A stretch of DNA of 64,000 nucleotides from Octopus sinensis. Its lineage: Eukaryota. Within the stretch, counting starts at the first letter, position 1. Every line of letters starts with the position of its first letter. The notes under the pieces are model-generated. The model made no database searches and was not told where the DNA came from. It saw only the letters and a program-made list of their open reading frames with translations. Shown piece after piece: positions 1 through 12,429 of the stretch. The stretch covers positions 48,980,001-49,044,000 of the forward strand of contig NC_043015.1 of assembly GCF_006345805.1 (NCBI RefSeq), written 5' to 3'. A program made the translations under genes and the position numbers.

Positions 1-20
1 AGAGAGAGAGAGAGAGAGAG

Positions 21-72
<52 letters not shown>
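1..72. repeat. (AG)n/(AGAT)n microsatellite
   Basis: Direct reading of the sequence. Confidence 0.98.
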
Positions 73-73
<1 letters not shown>

Positions 74-102
74 TGAGAAGAAGTCATAACCGCTGTCAAT
101 TG

Positions 103-156
103 GGATCTTTTCATTTAGTTAACTAGGAAAATCTGGCCTTCAAAATGAAAAGATCC
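103..156. mobile_element. 54-bp micro-MITE, GGATCT-ended (Merlin-like)
   Basis: 14-bp TIRs GGATCTTTTCATTT / AAATGAAAAGATCC; perfect 8-bp TSD GTCAATTG at 95-102 and 157-164. Confidence 0.85.
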
Positions 157-298
157 GTCAATTGTTTTAACTTTAGTATATCATGGGACATTTAACAAGC
201 CGACTCGCAAACTTTCGTTATTTTGAAAGAGACAAAAGCAGCAACACTTTGAACACACTCTACCAGACAATACTTGTCACAGCTGACTAGCTTACTGA

Positions 299-836
299 AT
301 GCAGACGGTACGTGGAGACAGCTTCGAAGCTCCCTATGTAATAACGTTTTATGTTAAACTGGGCAAAAACGTTCGAGGAACTTGTGAAACGCTCCAGACT
401 GCTTACAGATTAACTTGTACGAGCAGAACATGCGTTTTTCGCTGGCACAACAGGCTGAGCAAAGCAAGTCCACCAGGAGGCTCATGAAGATCCTCTTTTT
501 CGACTGCGAGAGCATTATCTATATCTGTTAGGTTTCCTCTGACCAGACGGCCAGCAAAAAGTATTTTGTGGAGGTTTTGAGGGAGTTCAGGAGGTGAAGA
601 GATTTCGTCGCAATATGTCAGTGCACCTAGACCAGGACAAAGCACCAGTTTGCAATTCCATCCTGGTAACTAATTACTTGACAGAGATGGACATCAAAAC
701 TGTCCTCCATACTCCCTACAGTCCAGGCTTTGCTTCTTGTGACTTTTGGTTGTTCCTCAAGCTGAAAGGAAAGATGAATGAGGTTGTGACAAGAGTCCTA
801 CGTTTAGCATCTTGTGGACAGATATTAGCTACATGA
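299..836 (+). mobile_element. Degenerate mariner transposase relic
   Basis: Frameshifted pieces FYVKLGK..SRTCVFRWHNR (N-terminal HTH region) and TVLHTPYSPGFASCDFWLFLKLKG, matching the mariner HPPYSPDLAPCDF motif. Confidence 0.85.
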
Positions 837-1639
837 AAGTTGCAGTGGGGGGGTGACGTTTGTGCAATTTGGATCTATCAGATTATTTGTATAAATTCTT
901 GCTAAAAAGGTAGAAAAGTTGACAGGACAACTCTAGATCACCTTAACATTAGTTTTATAAAATTTACAGTTTGTGGGGGAAAGTATATTTAATAAGCAAA
1001 AGAAAGTTCAAGGAAAGTTTGACTACCATTTTAGCATAACGGTGGGTTATACCATGTGATTTTCTTTTTCTGTATTTTACTTTAAATCGTTAAATCGTTT
1101 CTAAGAAAAGTATATCTCCTCACCCACAATTTTTATTACTTTTAAATCTGCTTCTAAGATAAATAGTTGTTTCCCACTATTCCTTTTTCACAGTTCCATT
1201 ACTCAAACACATCGTCCTCAATATTTGAAAATCTCTCTCTCTTTCCCTTTCCTTTTCTTCTTTTACCTTCCTACTCAAGTTATTTATCCTCTTTTCCTCT
1301 TACTGTCCTCCTTTCCTTCCTTTTTCCCATAGTTGGACATTTAACGCTTCATTTATGTATTCTCACGTTCTATACATTTTTTCCATCTTTTATTTTTAAT
1401 ATTTGTTTAATTTAACTGTTATGCGTGGATTTTTATGTGTGCTCTTTAAGGTGATGTGCGTTTGTCTGTTAGCATCCATAGTTAAATATAATTTACATGC
1501 GGATTGGCCTGCGCGTACGATAGTGTGTGTTTGCATTCGCGGCTGTGTATGTTTACACGTTTGTACACGTGTTTATGCACGCCTAATAATATGCCTGTGC
1601 GCATCTTATGGATGCATAAACAAGCATTCAAGCAACTAA

Positions 1640-1900
1640 GTGTGAGTGTGTGTGTGTGTGTGAATGTGTGTGTGTGTGTGTGTGAGTGTGTGCGTGTATG
1701 TGTGTGTGTATGTGGATGTGTGTGTGTGAGTGCGTGTGCTTGTGTGCGTGCGTGTATGTGTGTGTATATGCGTGTGTGTATGCGTATGTGTGTCTCAGTG
1801 TGTGTATATGTGTATATGTGCGTATATGGTATGTGTGTGTGTGCTTGCGTGTATGTGTGTGTGTGTGTGTGTGTGTCCGTGTGCTATGTATGGGTTTCTA
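1640..1900. repeat. Compound (TG)n/(TATG) microsatellite
   Basis: Direct reading; source of the CVCV ORFs. Confidence 0.95.
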
Positions 1901-1920
1901 TGTCTGCTACACGTCTGCAT

Positions 1921-2268
1921 ATTCTTTTACTTGTTTCAATCAACTGACTGTGGCCATGCCGGAGCATCGCCTTTTAGTCAAAGAAATCGACCCCTAGTGC
2001 TTATTCTATCGGTTCCGTCTGCCAAACCGCTAGTTGCGGAGACACACGTTGTAGACACACCAACATCGGTTGCCAAGCGATGGTGGTGGTGGTGGTGGTG
2101 GGGACAAACACACACAGACACTCGCACACACTGACACACACACACTCACACACACACATATATACACAGCGAGCTTCTTTCAGTTTCCGTCTACCAAATC
2201 TACTCACAAGGCTTTGGTCGGTCCGAGGTCATAGTAGAAGATACTTGCCTAGGGTGCCACGCAGCGTA
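1921..2268 (-). mobile_element. SINE family A (tRNA-derived, CORE-like body, internal microsatellite), 5' truncated
   Basis: Matches the ~400-bp element repeated about 20 times in the window (GAGTGGCTGTGTGGTAAG head, GCACCTTGGGCAAGTGTCTT CORE-like motif, (GAGTAAAA)n tail). Confidence 0.9.
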
Positions 2269-2272
2269 ACTA

Positions 2273-2665
2273 AACTGGCAGAAACGTTAGCACGCGGGCG
2301 AAATGCTCAGCGGTATTCCGTCTGTCTTTACGTTCTGAGTTCAAATTCCGCCGAGGTCGACTTCGACTTTCATCCTTTCGGGGTCGATAAATTAAGTACC
2401 AGTTACGCACTGGGGTCGATGTAATTGACTTAATACCTATGTCTGTCCTTGTTTGTCCCCTCTATGTTTGGCCCCTTGTGGGTATTAAAGAAATAGGTAT
2501 TTCGTTTGTCTTTAAGTTCTGAGTTCAAATTCCGTTAAGGTCGACTTTGACTTGGCCTTTCATCCTTTCGGGGTCGATAAATTAAGTACCAGATGCATAC
2601 TGGGGTCGATCTAATCGATTGGCCCGCCTCCTCCAAAATTTCGGGCCTTGTGCCTAGAGTAGAAA
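2273..2665 (+). mobile_element. SINE family B (tRNA-derived), head plus two bodies
   Basis: A-box-like GGCAGAAACGTTAGC, B-box GAGTTCAAATTCC, body CTTTCATCCTTTCGGGGTCGATAAA; a second body starts at ~2498. Confidence 0.9.
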
Positions 2666-3968
2666 CGAAACCTGGAACCACGTGGTTGGGAAGCAAGTTT
2701 CTTACCACACAGCCACGCATGCGCCTACATGTACATGTATCTATGCTTGTATTTACCGGAGCGAATTTAAGCTTATTTCTGTTTCAGTCATTGGACTTTT
2801 ACCATTCTAGGGAACACAGAATAAAACAAATCGACCCTAGCACTGATTTTTTAAAGCCTGGTACTTATTCCATCGGATATCTTTTGCCGAACCGCTGTGT
2901 TAGGTGGAACGTGTCTGTTAAATGGAAGTAGCACCCTCCACACACACAGAGGATGGGCTTCTTGTAGTTTTGCAGTTTCCCAGTTTCCCTCCACCAAATC
3001 CATCCAAAAACCTTTGGTTGGCCCAAGGCAAACGCCTTACCACGCAGCCACGCCGGCGCCTTTACAATAGTTAAAAGCTTTTATATTCTATGTTCGCACC
3101 TGTTTCGTATTTAAAAGAAAGTAAACAATAGGTTATGAAACATTTTAAATTTTATTTTTCATTTTTATTATAATATTTTATATACTTCTATGTCAGATAC
3201 GAAGCAACAAAAGTGTCACGGCAGACCAATTGTGTCAAAAGGTTTGGGATGGGTCTTGTTAAAAGGCAACGATTAAGAATTATGTCAAATAAGATAAAAC
3301 TTACTCTGACGATATATCTTATTAAAAGAGTGACTGTGAGGTAACAAGTTTGCTTCTAACTATATTTTTCAGGTTCCGTCTCACTGCGTGGGACCTTGGG
3401 CGAGTGTCTTCTACTATAAGCTTGACCCAACCAAAACCTTGTGAATGGATTTGGTGGACGGAAACTGAAAGAAACCGGTCGTGTTATACATACAGTAAGA
3501 CACGATATGTTTTATACTCCAGTCACGCCAGTAGAGGGGGAAAAAAAGAAACGAGTAGAAGTGTGTGACAGTCAGCGACGCTAAATGCAGGTGAACTGTT
3601 TTGAGAGGGTTTACTCTGCAGTCACTAGTATTGCAAACAAAGCGAAACTGCAAAGTTTTATCGTAAATTATATTTAATTTATCAATTTTACACATACGTA
3701 TTCACACACGCTTACGCACGCACACACACACACTCACACACACGCACACGCACACACACATGCACGCACTAAGTTATATTTTAAAATATAGGAATACACT
3801 TTACCGGTTTCACATAAGATTTTCAAAAGTGTATATAGTGTATGGAGTTGTGTTACGAATTACATCTATTCTGGTCGTTGTTACCTTCGATTCTGTGTAT
3901 ATTATTTACCCGATTGTTTTGATGTGCAATTAATAAAACAGTCTGTACTTTTGATGATATGGGTATCC

Positions 3969-4029
<61 letters not shown>

Positions 4030-4284
4030 TGTGTCTTCTTTTTTGTTTTTAACCATTTAAATTCTTCGTTTGAAGGAGCTGATTTCTAACAAAGATACAG
4101 ATCTTCATCGTTACAATGTAGATAACAAAATCAATGCTACATTTTAAACCTGAGTAAAGTCTTGCATAGTTTTATTCTTCTGCTTACAAATTGTATTTGT
4201 AATGTGCGAGTTGGTCGATTTCTTTTTCTGAAAATCCAAGCTTATCCAGACTGACAGTTAGGCATTTGTATGTTATGCATTGTA

Positions 4285-4713
4285 TGTATGTATGTTATTG
4301 TATGGGGCCGAGACATGGCGAACAACAGTTAAGTCAAATAAGCAAATACAATCATTCATCAACAGATGCTTGCGTAGTATACTTAAAATTAGATGGCCCG
4401 AACCCATAAGCAATATGGAGCTATGGCAAAGAATAAATCAAGTTTCGATTAGGGAGCCAAATATTTAAGAAAAAGTGGAAGTGGATTGGTAGCACAATTA
4501 GAAAAGACACACCAAATGTAGCGAAAAGTGCTTTACAGTGGAATCCGGATGGATATAGAAAGAAAGGGTAGGCCTAAGAACTTGTGGCGGAGATCAACAC
4601 AGAAGGAACTAGAGAAACGGGGACATTCATGGCAGAGTATAAGTACAGAAGTGAAAAATTATGCAACATGGAATTCAACTATAAGTGGCATATACTCCGT
4701 GTTGGAGTGTTAA
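4285..4713 (+). mobile_element. RTE-clade LINE, C-terminal relic
   Basis: LLYGAETWRTT..FINRCLRSILKIRWPEPISNMELW, then RPKNLWRRSTQKELE across frameshifts; typical RTE C-terminus. Confidence 0.85.
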
Positions 4714-5344
4714 AGGCAGAAAAAAATGTATGTATGTATGTTATTATTCAGTTTTATTTCAAGATTTCTTATTAATAGTGAAAGAATCTATAGAATAAGT
4801 ATTAGACTTACAAAGAATAAGTCCTGGGGTCGATTTGCTCGACTAAAGGTGGTGCTCCAGCATGGCCGCAGTCAAATGACTGAAACAAAAGAGTAAATAT
4901 AATTGTTAAAGAGAACAACAAACGTTAAGGCAAGGCAAACATCTCAAGTCATACATTATTATTATTGGGAAAAAATTCTAAGTCTTACAGCTGTTTCTGT
5001 GACATCCCAGAGTATGGGATATTCTGTCATCGGAGACAAATGTGGAAAATTTGAGAGGTATCGAATAAGGAAATGACGACATAGAGGACAGGAGTAAAGG
5101 AATAAGGAGATGAAGAAAGAGTAGTGAAAAGAAGCTATATCGGAAATCTGCAATGGCTCCATAACTACAGTCTCGGCTATAACCTTGGGAGTCGTAGCAG
5201 TCCGTTATAGCACTTACCTAGCGTACCTAATCGTTTAGATCACATGTGAGCTAAAGCTCCCATATTTTGTATACATACATACATACATACATACATACAT
5301 ACATACATACATACATACATACATACATACATACCGCCTTTAAA

Positions 5345-5590
5345 TACCTATTTCTATTTCTTTACTACCCACAAGGAGCTAAACACAGAGGGGAGAAACA
5401 AGGACAGACAAACGGATTAAGTCGATTATATCGACCCCAGTGCGTAACTGGTGCTTAATTTATCGACCCCGAAAGGATGAAAGGTAAAGTCGACCTCGGC
5501 GGAATTTGAACTCAGAACGTAAAGACAGACGAAATACTGCTAAGCATTTCGCCCGCCGTGCTAACGTTTCTGCCAGCTCGCTGCCTTATT
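5345..5590 (-). mobile_element. SINE family B, full length
   Basis: Reverse complement of the family B consensus, including the head. Confidence 0.9.
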
Positions 5591-6295
5591 TGAGAGAAAT
5601 ATTATTCCCTACATTAAAGCGGCGACCGGGCAGAATTGTTTAGTGGTCATTTCTCCTGGGTCTTTACAAGCCAGTGTTTAAATCCCGCCGAGGCCATCGT
5701 TACCTTTCAACCCCTTCGGAGTCGATAAAATGAAATATAGTGCCGCACTGGTGTCAGCGTAATCGACTAAACACCACCCCACCTCCTAAAATTGTTGGCC
5801 TTGAACTCAATTTGAAACAACCATATTTATGCAGATAAATGATATGTGAATGCGTGAATGACGTGTGAACATGAATAATGAGTGAACACGAATACACGGC
5901 CTATTCACAGGATAAGCAATGCGGCAAGCTGGCGGAATCGTTAGCACGCCGGACAAACAATGCTTGGCGGCATTTCGTCCCGTCTTAACGTTCTGAGTTC
6001 AAATTCCGCCGAGGTTGATTTTGTCTTGCATCCTTTCGGGGTCGATAAAATAAAGTACCAGCTGAGCTCTGGAGTCGATGTATTCGACCGACTTACCCCT
6101 TGCCCCGAATTTCTTGGCCTTGTGCCAAAATTTAAAACCGTATTAAGTCGATAACTATCGCATATTTTGAATTTACAAATTCTATTACACTACAATGTCT
6201 CTTTCTTTCTTTCTTCCTTCCTTTTTTCTTCCTTCCTTCCTTTCTTTCTTTCCTTCTTTTTTTCTCTAACGTGTTTTACCTTCCATTAAATGCAG

Positions 6296-6323
6296 GAGAA
6301 GGTGGTGCAAAAGTAGGGTTACG
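6296..6323 (+). CDS. Candidate 28-nt micro-exon (GEGGAKVGLR) of an unidentified host gene
   Basis: Branch-like CTCTAAC, acceptor TTACCTTCCATTAAATGCAG, donor ACG|GTAAGT; phase 1->2 joins the exon at 10744. Confidence 0.5.
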
Positions 6324-6354
6324 GTAAGTATCACATCAATCATTCATTAAAATT

Positions 6355-6740
6355 ATTCTTTTCTACTCAAGGCTCAAAACTCGAAATTTTTGGTCGATTG
6401 GATCGACCGCGTACGCAACTGGTACTTAATTTATCGACCTCGAAAGGATGAAAGGCAAAGTTCATCTCAGCGGAATTTGAACTCAGAACGTAGCGGCAGA
6501 CGAAATACCTATTTCTTTACTATCCACAAGGGGCTAAACACAGAGAGGACAAACAAGGACAGACAAACGGATTAAGTCGATTATATCGACCCCAGTGCGT
6601 AACTGGTACTTATTTAATCGACCCCGAAAGGATGAAAGGCAAAGTCGACCTCGGCGGAATTTGAACTCAGAACGTAACGGCAGACGAAATACCGCTAAGC
6701 ATTTCGCCCGGCGTGCTAACGTTTCTGCCAGCTTGCCGCA
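6355..6740 (-). mobile_element. SINE family B dimer (one head, two bodies)
   Basis: Two bodies joined at ACGAAATACC|TATTTCTTT. Confidence 0.9.
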
Positions 6741-6846
6741 TTACTCATTAAAATTATTAGCACATTAGATTAGTTAACCTCATTTTTTATATTTTCAGTG
6801 ACATTAATCATAATAATACATTTATCATAACTATAATAAGACTTTC

Positions 6847-7150
6847 GTGGAAGCGCAATGGCCCAGTGGTTAGGGCAGCGAACTCGCGGTCATAGGATCG
6901 CGGTTTCGATTCCCAGACCGAGCGTTGTGAGTGTTTATTGAGCGAAATCACCTAAAAACTCCACGAGGCTCCGGCGTGGGGTGGTGGTGATCCCTGCTGT
7001 ACTCTTTCGCCACAACTTTCTCTAACTCTTTCTTCTGTTGACCTGCTCGCTTAGCCAGCGGGGTGGCGTCATTTGAAGGCTAAAACAATGCGAAGCGCAT
7101 TGTGACCAGCGATGTGTAACAACATATGATAGCCTAGTCGGTAACGATGA
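6847..7150 (+). mobile_element. SINE family C (tRNA-like head)
   Basis: Head GCGCAATGGCCCAGTGGTTAGGGCAGC...GGTTTCGATTCCC; head and body match 42840-42992 (-). Confidence 0.85.
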
Positions 7151-7251
7151 TAATAATCCTTTTATCGTAACTTTTAATTTTTTTTAATAAAAATTAATGA
7201 GTATTGTGCGTGTTATTATTATTAATTGTTATTATTATTATTATTGAATGA

Positions 7252-7797
7252 GAGAGCTGCGCATGCCATCAAAGTGACACTGGGGTAAAATATACAAAGC
7301 CCAATATACCCATCATGACTACCCGTCTGATAAGGATACACCAGGCACATGCATCAGAACCATATGTGCGCGACATGGTGATCTCATATCAAGATAAACA
7401 GCACATGACCTTGCAGGTGGGGCCCAGTTAGAATTTTCTTCTGGTCGAGTAACCCATCCCACACAAAAGGTCCCTGAATAAGGTTTGTTTAAGGATGTTG
7501 AACGAAACACCCATATTTCCAGAGGTGAATTATTCAAACCCCAAAGAATTCCTCTCGACACATGGCTATGATGCTCCCCACTACTGCTCGTGATCAGAGA
7601 TGCACATATCGTCAGCCACTAAGGGACATGCTCAACTGGTTAAGTTCAAACAACTGACAAACAAATCTGTGGTATTGAGCAGAATATTTGCTGTAGCCCA
7701 CCTTTTATACCAAGACATAACAATGTACATGATAATACTTCCAATCAGTTAAGATCAGAAGCCACGAGATCCACTGCCTGGTACTGCATCAGGGCAT
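7252..7797. mobile_element. Unclassified interspersed repeat
   Basis: Non-coding block between (ATT)n runs; a reverse-complement fragment recurs at ~52185-52250. Confidence 0.6.
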
Positions 7798-7957
7798 TGG
7801 TACTGCATTATTATTATTATTATTATCATTATTATTTCATAACTGTATACCTGCTTATGCACCGGCCTGTATAATATACCCGATTCACCTTTGTGTTTTT
7901 GACACAGAATGACATAAAACACTGTTTTTTATAAGCTTTGAAAACTTTCCATTTTAG

Positions 7958-7971
7958 GAGAGAGGGAATAG
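7958..7971 (+). CDS. Possible 14-nt micro-exon (alternative to the simple chain)
   Basis: Acceptor ACTTTCCATTTTAG, donor TAG|GTAGGT; phase 0->2 fits only if the 6296 exon is read in phase 2->0. Confidence 0.25.
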
Positions 7972-8444
7972 GTAGGTGTACATGCGTCATATATAGACAT
8001 TTAATTTTGATGTATGAGCATTGCATGTGTGTGTGTGTGTGTACCTATGTATGCATGCATGTTTTTTCTTTGAGTTTTATTGAAGTTTTTAAAAGAGTTC
8101 AAACCGGTCGCCATAACAAAGCGATAAGACCTTTTGAGAGAAGAGAATTTTTCGGTATTTGTAAATATGTGATTGAGTTAGTGTGTTGGTTGAACTGTCG
8201 ATATACACACACATATACACACCTAAGCGTGTGCATAAATCCACATAAGAATTTCAGATGGAGAAGTTTTGGAATGTCTTACACATCTGCATAGTGCCAC
8301 TGACAGATTGGATTTGGAAAATCTACGTCAGTTTCTTCTGCTCTTCCGCAGTGAAGCCGAGTATTTTTAGGTTTTTGCGCAAATTCGATGCTACATAAAC
8401 TTATGCAAGGATGGTAATAGGTAAAAATGGGAATTCATAACAGG

Positions 8445-8958
8445 GTTTGTATGTATTGTATGTATGCATGTATGTATGTATGTATGCATGCATGTATGTA
8501 TGTATGCATGCATGTATGAATGTATGTATTGTATGTATGTATGTATGTATGTATGTATGTATGTATATATTTATGAATGTATGTTTGTATGTATGTATGT
8601 ATGTATGTATGTATGTATGTATGTATGTATTTATGAATGTATGTTTGTATGAATGTATGTATGTACGCATGTATGTATGTATGTATGTATGTATGTATTT
8701 ATGTATGTATGTACGCATGTATGTATGTATGTATGTATGTATGTATGTATGTATATATGTATGTACGCATGCATGTATGTATATATGTACGCATGTATGT
8801 ATGCATGTATGTACGCATGCATGTATGTATGTATGTACGCATGTATGTATGTATGTATGTATGTATGTACGCATTATGTACGTACGTATGTATGTATGTA
8901 TGTATGTATGTATGTATGTATGTATGTATGTGTGTGTGTATGTATGTATGTACGTATG

Positions 8959-8992
<34 letters not shown>

Positions 8993-9000
8993 TGTATGGG
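8445..9000. repeat. Long (TATG)n microsatellite
   Basis: Direct reading. Confidence 0.97.
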
Positions 9001-9327
9001 TACAATACATATTCACGCATACAGCCATTTATAAATAAGCAATACAAAGTGACAGTAATTTGGACGTTTCTCCGGCAACGGCTCGTCAGACATGCGCGCG
9101 TGCACGCACTCACAAACACACACACACACACCACACACACACACATATATATATACATACATACATACATACACACACGCACTCACAAATACACATGTAC
9201 GTGCGCGCGCATGACTGAATGTAGCGTGTATATATATATATGTGCTTACGCCTATACTTGTGTGCGTGAGTGTATGTGTAGGTGCTGATGCGCTACATGT
9301 GTATGGATATAAGCATATGAACAGACG

Positions 9328-9376
<49 letters not shown>

Positions 9377-9417
9377 GTGTATTTGTATGGGGTCGTGCGT
9401 GTGCATATGTACATATA

Positions 9418-9588
9418 GGCGCAGGAGTGGCTGTGTGGCAAGTAGCTTGCTAACCAACCACATGGTTCCGGGTTCAGTCCCACTGCGTGGCACCTTGGGC
9501 AAGTGTCTTCTGCTATAGCCTCGGGCCGACCAAAGCCTTGTGAGTGGATTTGGTAGACGGAAACTGAAAGAAGCCTGTCGTATATATG

Positions 9589-9619
<31 letters not shown>

Positions 9620-9820
9620 TTGTGTGTCTGTGTTTGTCCCCCTAGCTTTGCTTGACAACCGATGCTGGTGTGTTTACGTCCCCGTCACTTAGCGGTTCGG
9701 CAAAATGGTCCGATAGAATAAGTACTGGGCTTACAAAGAATAAGTGCCGGGGTCGATTTGCTCGACTAAAGGTGGTGCTCCAGCATGGCTGCAGTCAAAT
9801 GACTGAAACAAGTAAAAGAG

Positions 9821-9821
<1 letters not shown>
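9418..9821 (+). mobile_element. SINE family A, full length
   Basis: GGCGCAGGAGTGGC head through the AAGTAAAAGAG tail. Confidence 0.92.
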
Positions 9822-9852
<31 letters not shown>

Positions 9853-10264
9853 TGTATGTATGTATGTATGTATGTACGTGTGTATGTATGTATGTATGTA
9901 TGCATGCATGCATGCATGCGTGTGTGTATGTTATTATTATGGCTGATCAGACACCCACTTTTTGGGTCTCAACAGCTGTTACACAAAAAAAAATTGCATA
10001 AAATATCGAAATTGAGTTTTTTACATGTCAATTAGAGTCCACAATAAATACATGACAGGCTGCTTTCAGTTTCCGTCTACCAAACCCACTCACAAAACTT
10101 TGGTCGTCCCAAGGCAATAGTAAGACACTCGCCCAATGTACCTCATTGTAGACTGAACCCCCCCCCCCCACCACCACCACCAGCCTTGTGATTGAGAAGC
10201 GAGCTTTTTATCAGACAGCCACGCTATTTTTGCGATTTTATGCAACACATGTTAAGAAAGTTGT

Positions 10265-10667
10265 TACTCTTTACTCTTTTACTCTTTTACATGTTTCAGC
10301 CATTTGACTGTGGCCATGCTGGAGCACCGCCTTTAGCCGAGCAAATCGACCCCGGGACTTATTCTTTGTAAGCCCAGTACTTATTCTATCGGTCTCTTTT
10401 GCCGAACCGCTAAGTAACGGGGACGTAAACACACCAGCATCGGTTGTCAAGCAATGTTAGGGGGACAAACACAGACACACAAACACATACATATATATAT
10501 ACATATATACGACAGGCTTCTATCAGTTTCCGTCTACCAAATCCACTCACAAGGCATTGTTCAGCCCGGGGCTATAGCAGAAAACACTTGCCCAAGGTGC
10601 CACGCAGTGGGACTGAACCCGGAACCATGTGGTTGGTTAGTAAGCTACTTACCACACAGCCACTCCT
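10265..10667 (-). mobile_element. SINE family A, near full length
   Basis: Reverse complement of 9418-9821. Confidence 0.92.
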
Positions 10668-10743
10668 CAATCTTCCCAAAATTTCAGGCACTGTACCCTA
10701 CAGTAAAAAGGAATATTAATTACACCCATATATATATTTATAG

Positions 10744-10889
10744 ATACGTGAGAGGCGAGCTGACATATAATTTAATGCCTTCGCTTCTACTTACGTATGC
10801 TCTGGATCAATGGCTGATTACACCTGGCAGTTGTTATGTAAACGTTTTTTGGCGGGGATTATATGCAATAGATGTTAAGAGTGTTGTTT
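10744..10889 (+). CDS. Candidate 146-nt internal exon (YVRGELTYNLMPSLLLTYALDQWLITPGSCYVNVFWRGLYAIDVKSVV)
   Basis: Unique DNA; acceptor ATTTATAG, donor TTT|GTGAGT; open in phase 2->1 with a protein-like composition. Confidence 0.55.
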
Positions 10890-11296
10890 GTGAGTTAATC
10901 TTTTTTATCTGTTTATCCTCTCCCACAACGGAATGTATCTTAGAAGTAATGACGATTAGGTGAGATTCTTAAAATGCTAAATAAGCTGTTGATAAGCACT
11001 TCTCCCTATTTAAGCCAAGTGGGGAGGATTCGAACGTGGACCTGCAAGCTTACGAACCTATTGTTATTTGTGGTATGCTGTCACAGGTAATGGTGGTTAA
11101 GTGTACCTTGGACCCCGTGAAGGGATCAAATAACAATTAGGTGGTTTTGTTCAACACAACAGTGAAGTGTTTTTGTGGCTAGTGATTGGCTAATAAATCG
11201 GTTTGTCGTTTAGACCTACTGACAGCCGATACTCGCCACGTGCTAACCAATGGCGACATTGATTGCATCCTAATCTAATTAGCTGACTTCTTTCTA

Positions 11297-11839
11297 TTGG
11301 GTTGTCCGGAAAGTTCGTGCCGATTTTTAAAGGAAAGAAAAAGGTCAATAAATACTTGCCATTACATTTTTAATCAACTAAATAGGAACCATTTTGCTGC
11401 CCAATGCGTCTCCATCTTTCCTTTAACTTGAAAATACCCTCTTCCCAGAATTGAGCTGGTTTCATGGCAAACAATTCATCAAGGTATATTTTTACGTCAT
11501 CCAAGGAATTGAAATTTTTACCATTAAGACTATTCTGCAGAGACCTGAATAAGTGGAAATCCGAAGGAGCAATATCTGGTGAATATGGAGGGTGGGTTAA
11601 CACATCCCAGCCGAGCTGCAGCAATTTTTGTCTGGTTCCCAAACATCAAGTGCCGAAAATGAACTTTCTTGTCTTCCATTTTAAAGGGTTACAGAATTAA
11701 CACAGGTTATAGGAACATAAGCCTTCTTCCACGAAAAGACAGCTTAAACTGTGCTCTAAATGGAGGTGTAGTCAAATCCTATTTTATGGACTCAACCATA
11801 AGCTACTATAAATCGGCATGAACTTTCCGGACAACCCAA
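11297..11839 (-). mobile_element. Internally deleted mariner element retaining the transposase C-terminus
   Basis: TIRs TTGGGTTGTCCGGAAAGTTC at both ends, TA at left; ORF 11370-11642 contains HPPYSPDIAPSDFHLFRSLQN..FWEEGIFKLKERW. Confidence 0.95.
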
Positions 11840-11846
11840 CAGTATA

Positions 11847-12064
11847 CGAAGGAGGGCTGAAAAGTTTCTGGCTTTGGGTAAAAGAAATACAGGATGATCA
11901 GTTAAATAATGATTTTATCCAATGATTATTCCCCTGTCTGATTGACACACATATTGCAGTTGTCCTTCCGCTTTTCTAATCCCTGTAAAAGAACTCGGAA
12001 GGTTGGGCCTTCAACCAGGCCTTTCGTGACACCTTAAAGCCAGGAACATTTCAGCATCCCCTAG
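11847..12064. mobile_element. ~220-bp mariner-type MITE, copy 1
   Basis: Imperfect TIRs CGAAGGAGGGCTGAAAAG / TTTCAGCATCCCCTAG, TA flanks; paralogous to 12623-12838. Confidence 0.75.
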
Positions 12065-12066
12065 TA

Positions 12067-12067
12067 C

Positions 12068-12133
<66 letters not shown>

Positions 12134-12393
12134 TTATCTATCTATCTGTCTGTCTGTCTGTCTGTCCGTCCGTCCGTCCGTCCGTCCATTCGTCCGTCCG
12201 TCCATCCATCCATCCATCCATCCATCCGTCCGTCCATTCGTCCGTCCATTCGTCCGTCCGTCCGTCCGTCCATCCATCCATCCATCCATCCGTCCGTCCA
12301 TTCGTCCGTCCGTCCGTCCATCCATCCATCCATCCACCCATCCATCCATCCATCCATCCACCCATCCATCCACCCATCCGTCCGTCCGTCCGT

Positions 12394-12429
<36 letters not shown>

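Noticed and set aside
1504-2134. Long CVCV / YIHT / MYVC ORFs here and at 8401-9288, 47396-48095 and 61269-61904
   Set aside because: Translations of (TG)n, (TATG)n and (CATA)n microsatellites, open in several frames at once.
2001-2424. Recurrent peptides such as RQASFSFRLPNPLTRLWSARG and RPRKDERQSRPRRNLNSER across the window
   Set aside because: Translations of SINE A and SINE B, not a gene family.
3195-3342. Open frame with acceptor CTATGTCAG and donor GAG|GTAACA
   Set aside because: The donor is the head of a diverged SINE A; no independent support.
4991-5057. Possible exon (AVSVTSQSMGYSVIGDKCGKFE, or CFCDIPEYGIFC in another frame)
   Set aside because: Weak donor GTATCG and ambiguous frame; not listed as a feature.
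6847-6925. tRNA-like sequences here and at 34703 and 14170-14240
   Set aside because: A/B boxes run straight into SINE bodies; no proper acceptor stem or terminator, so these are not tRNA genes.
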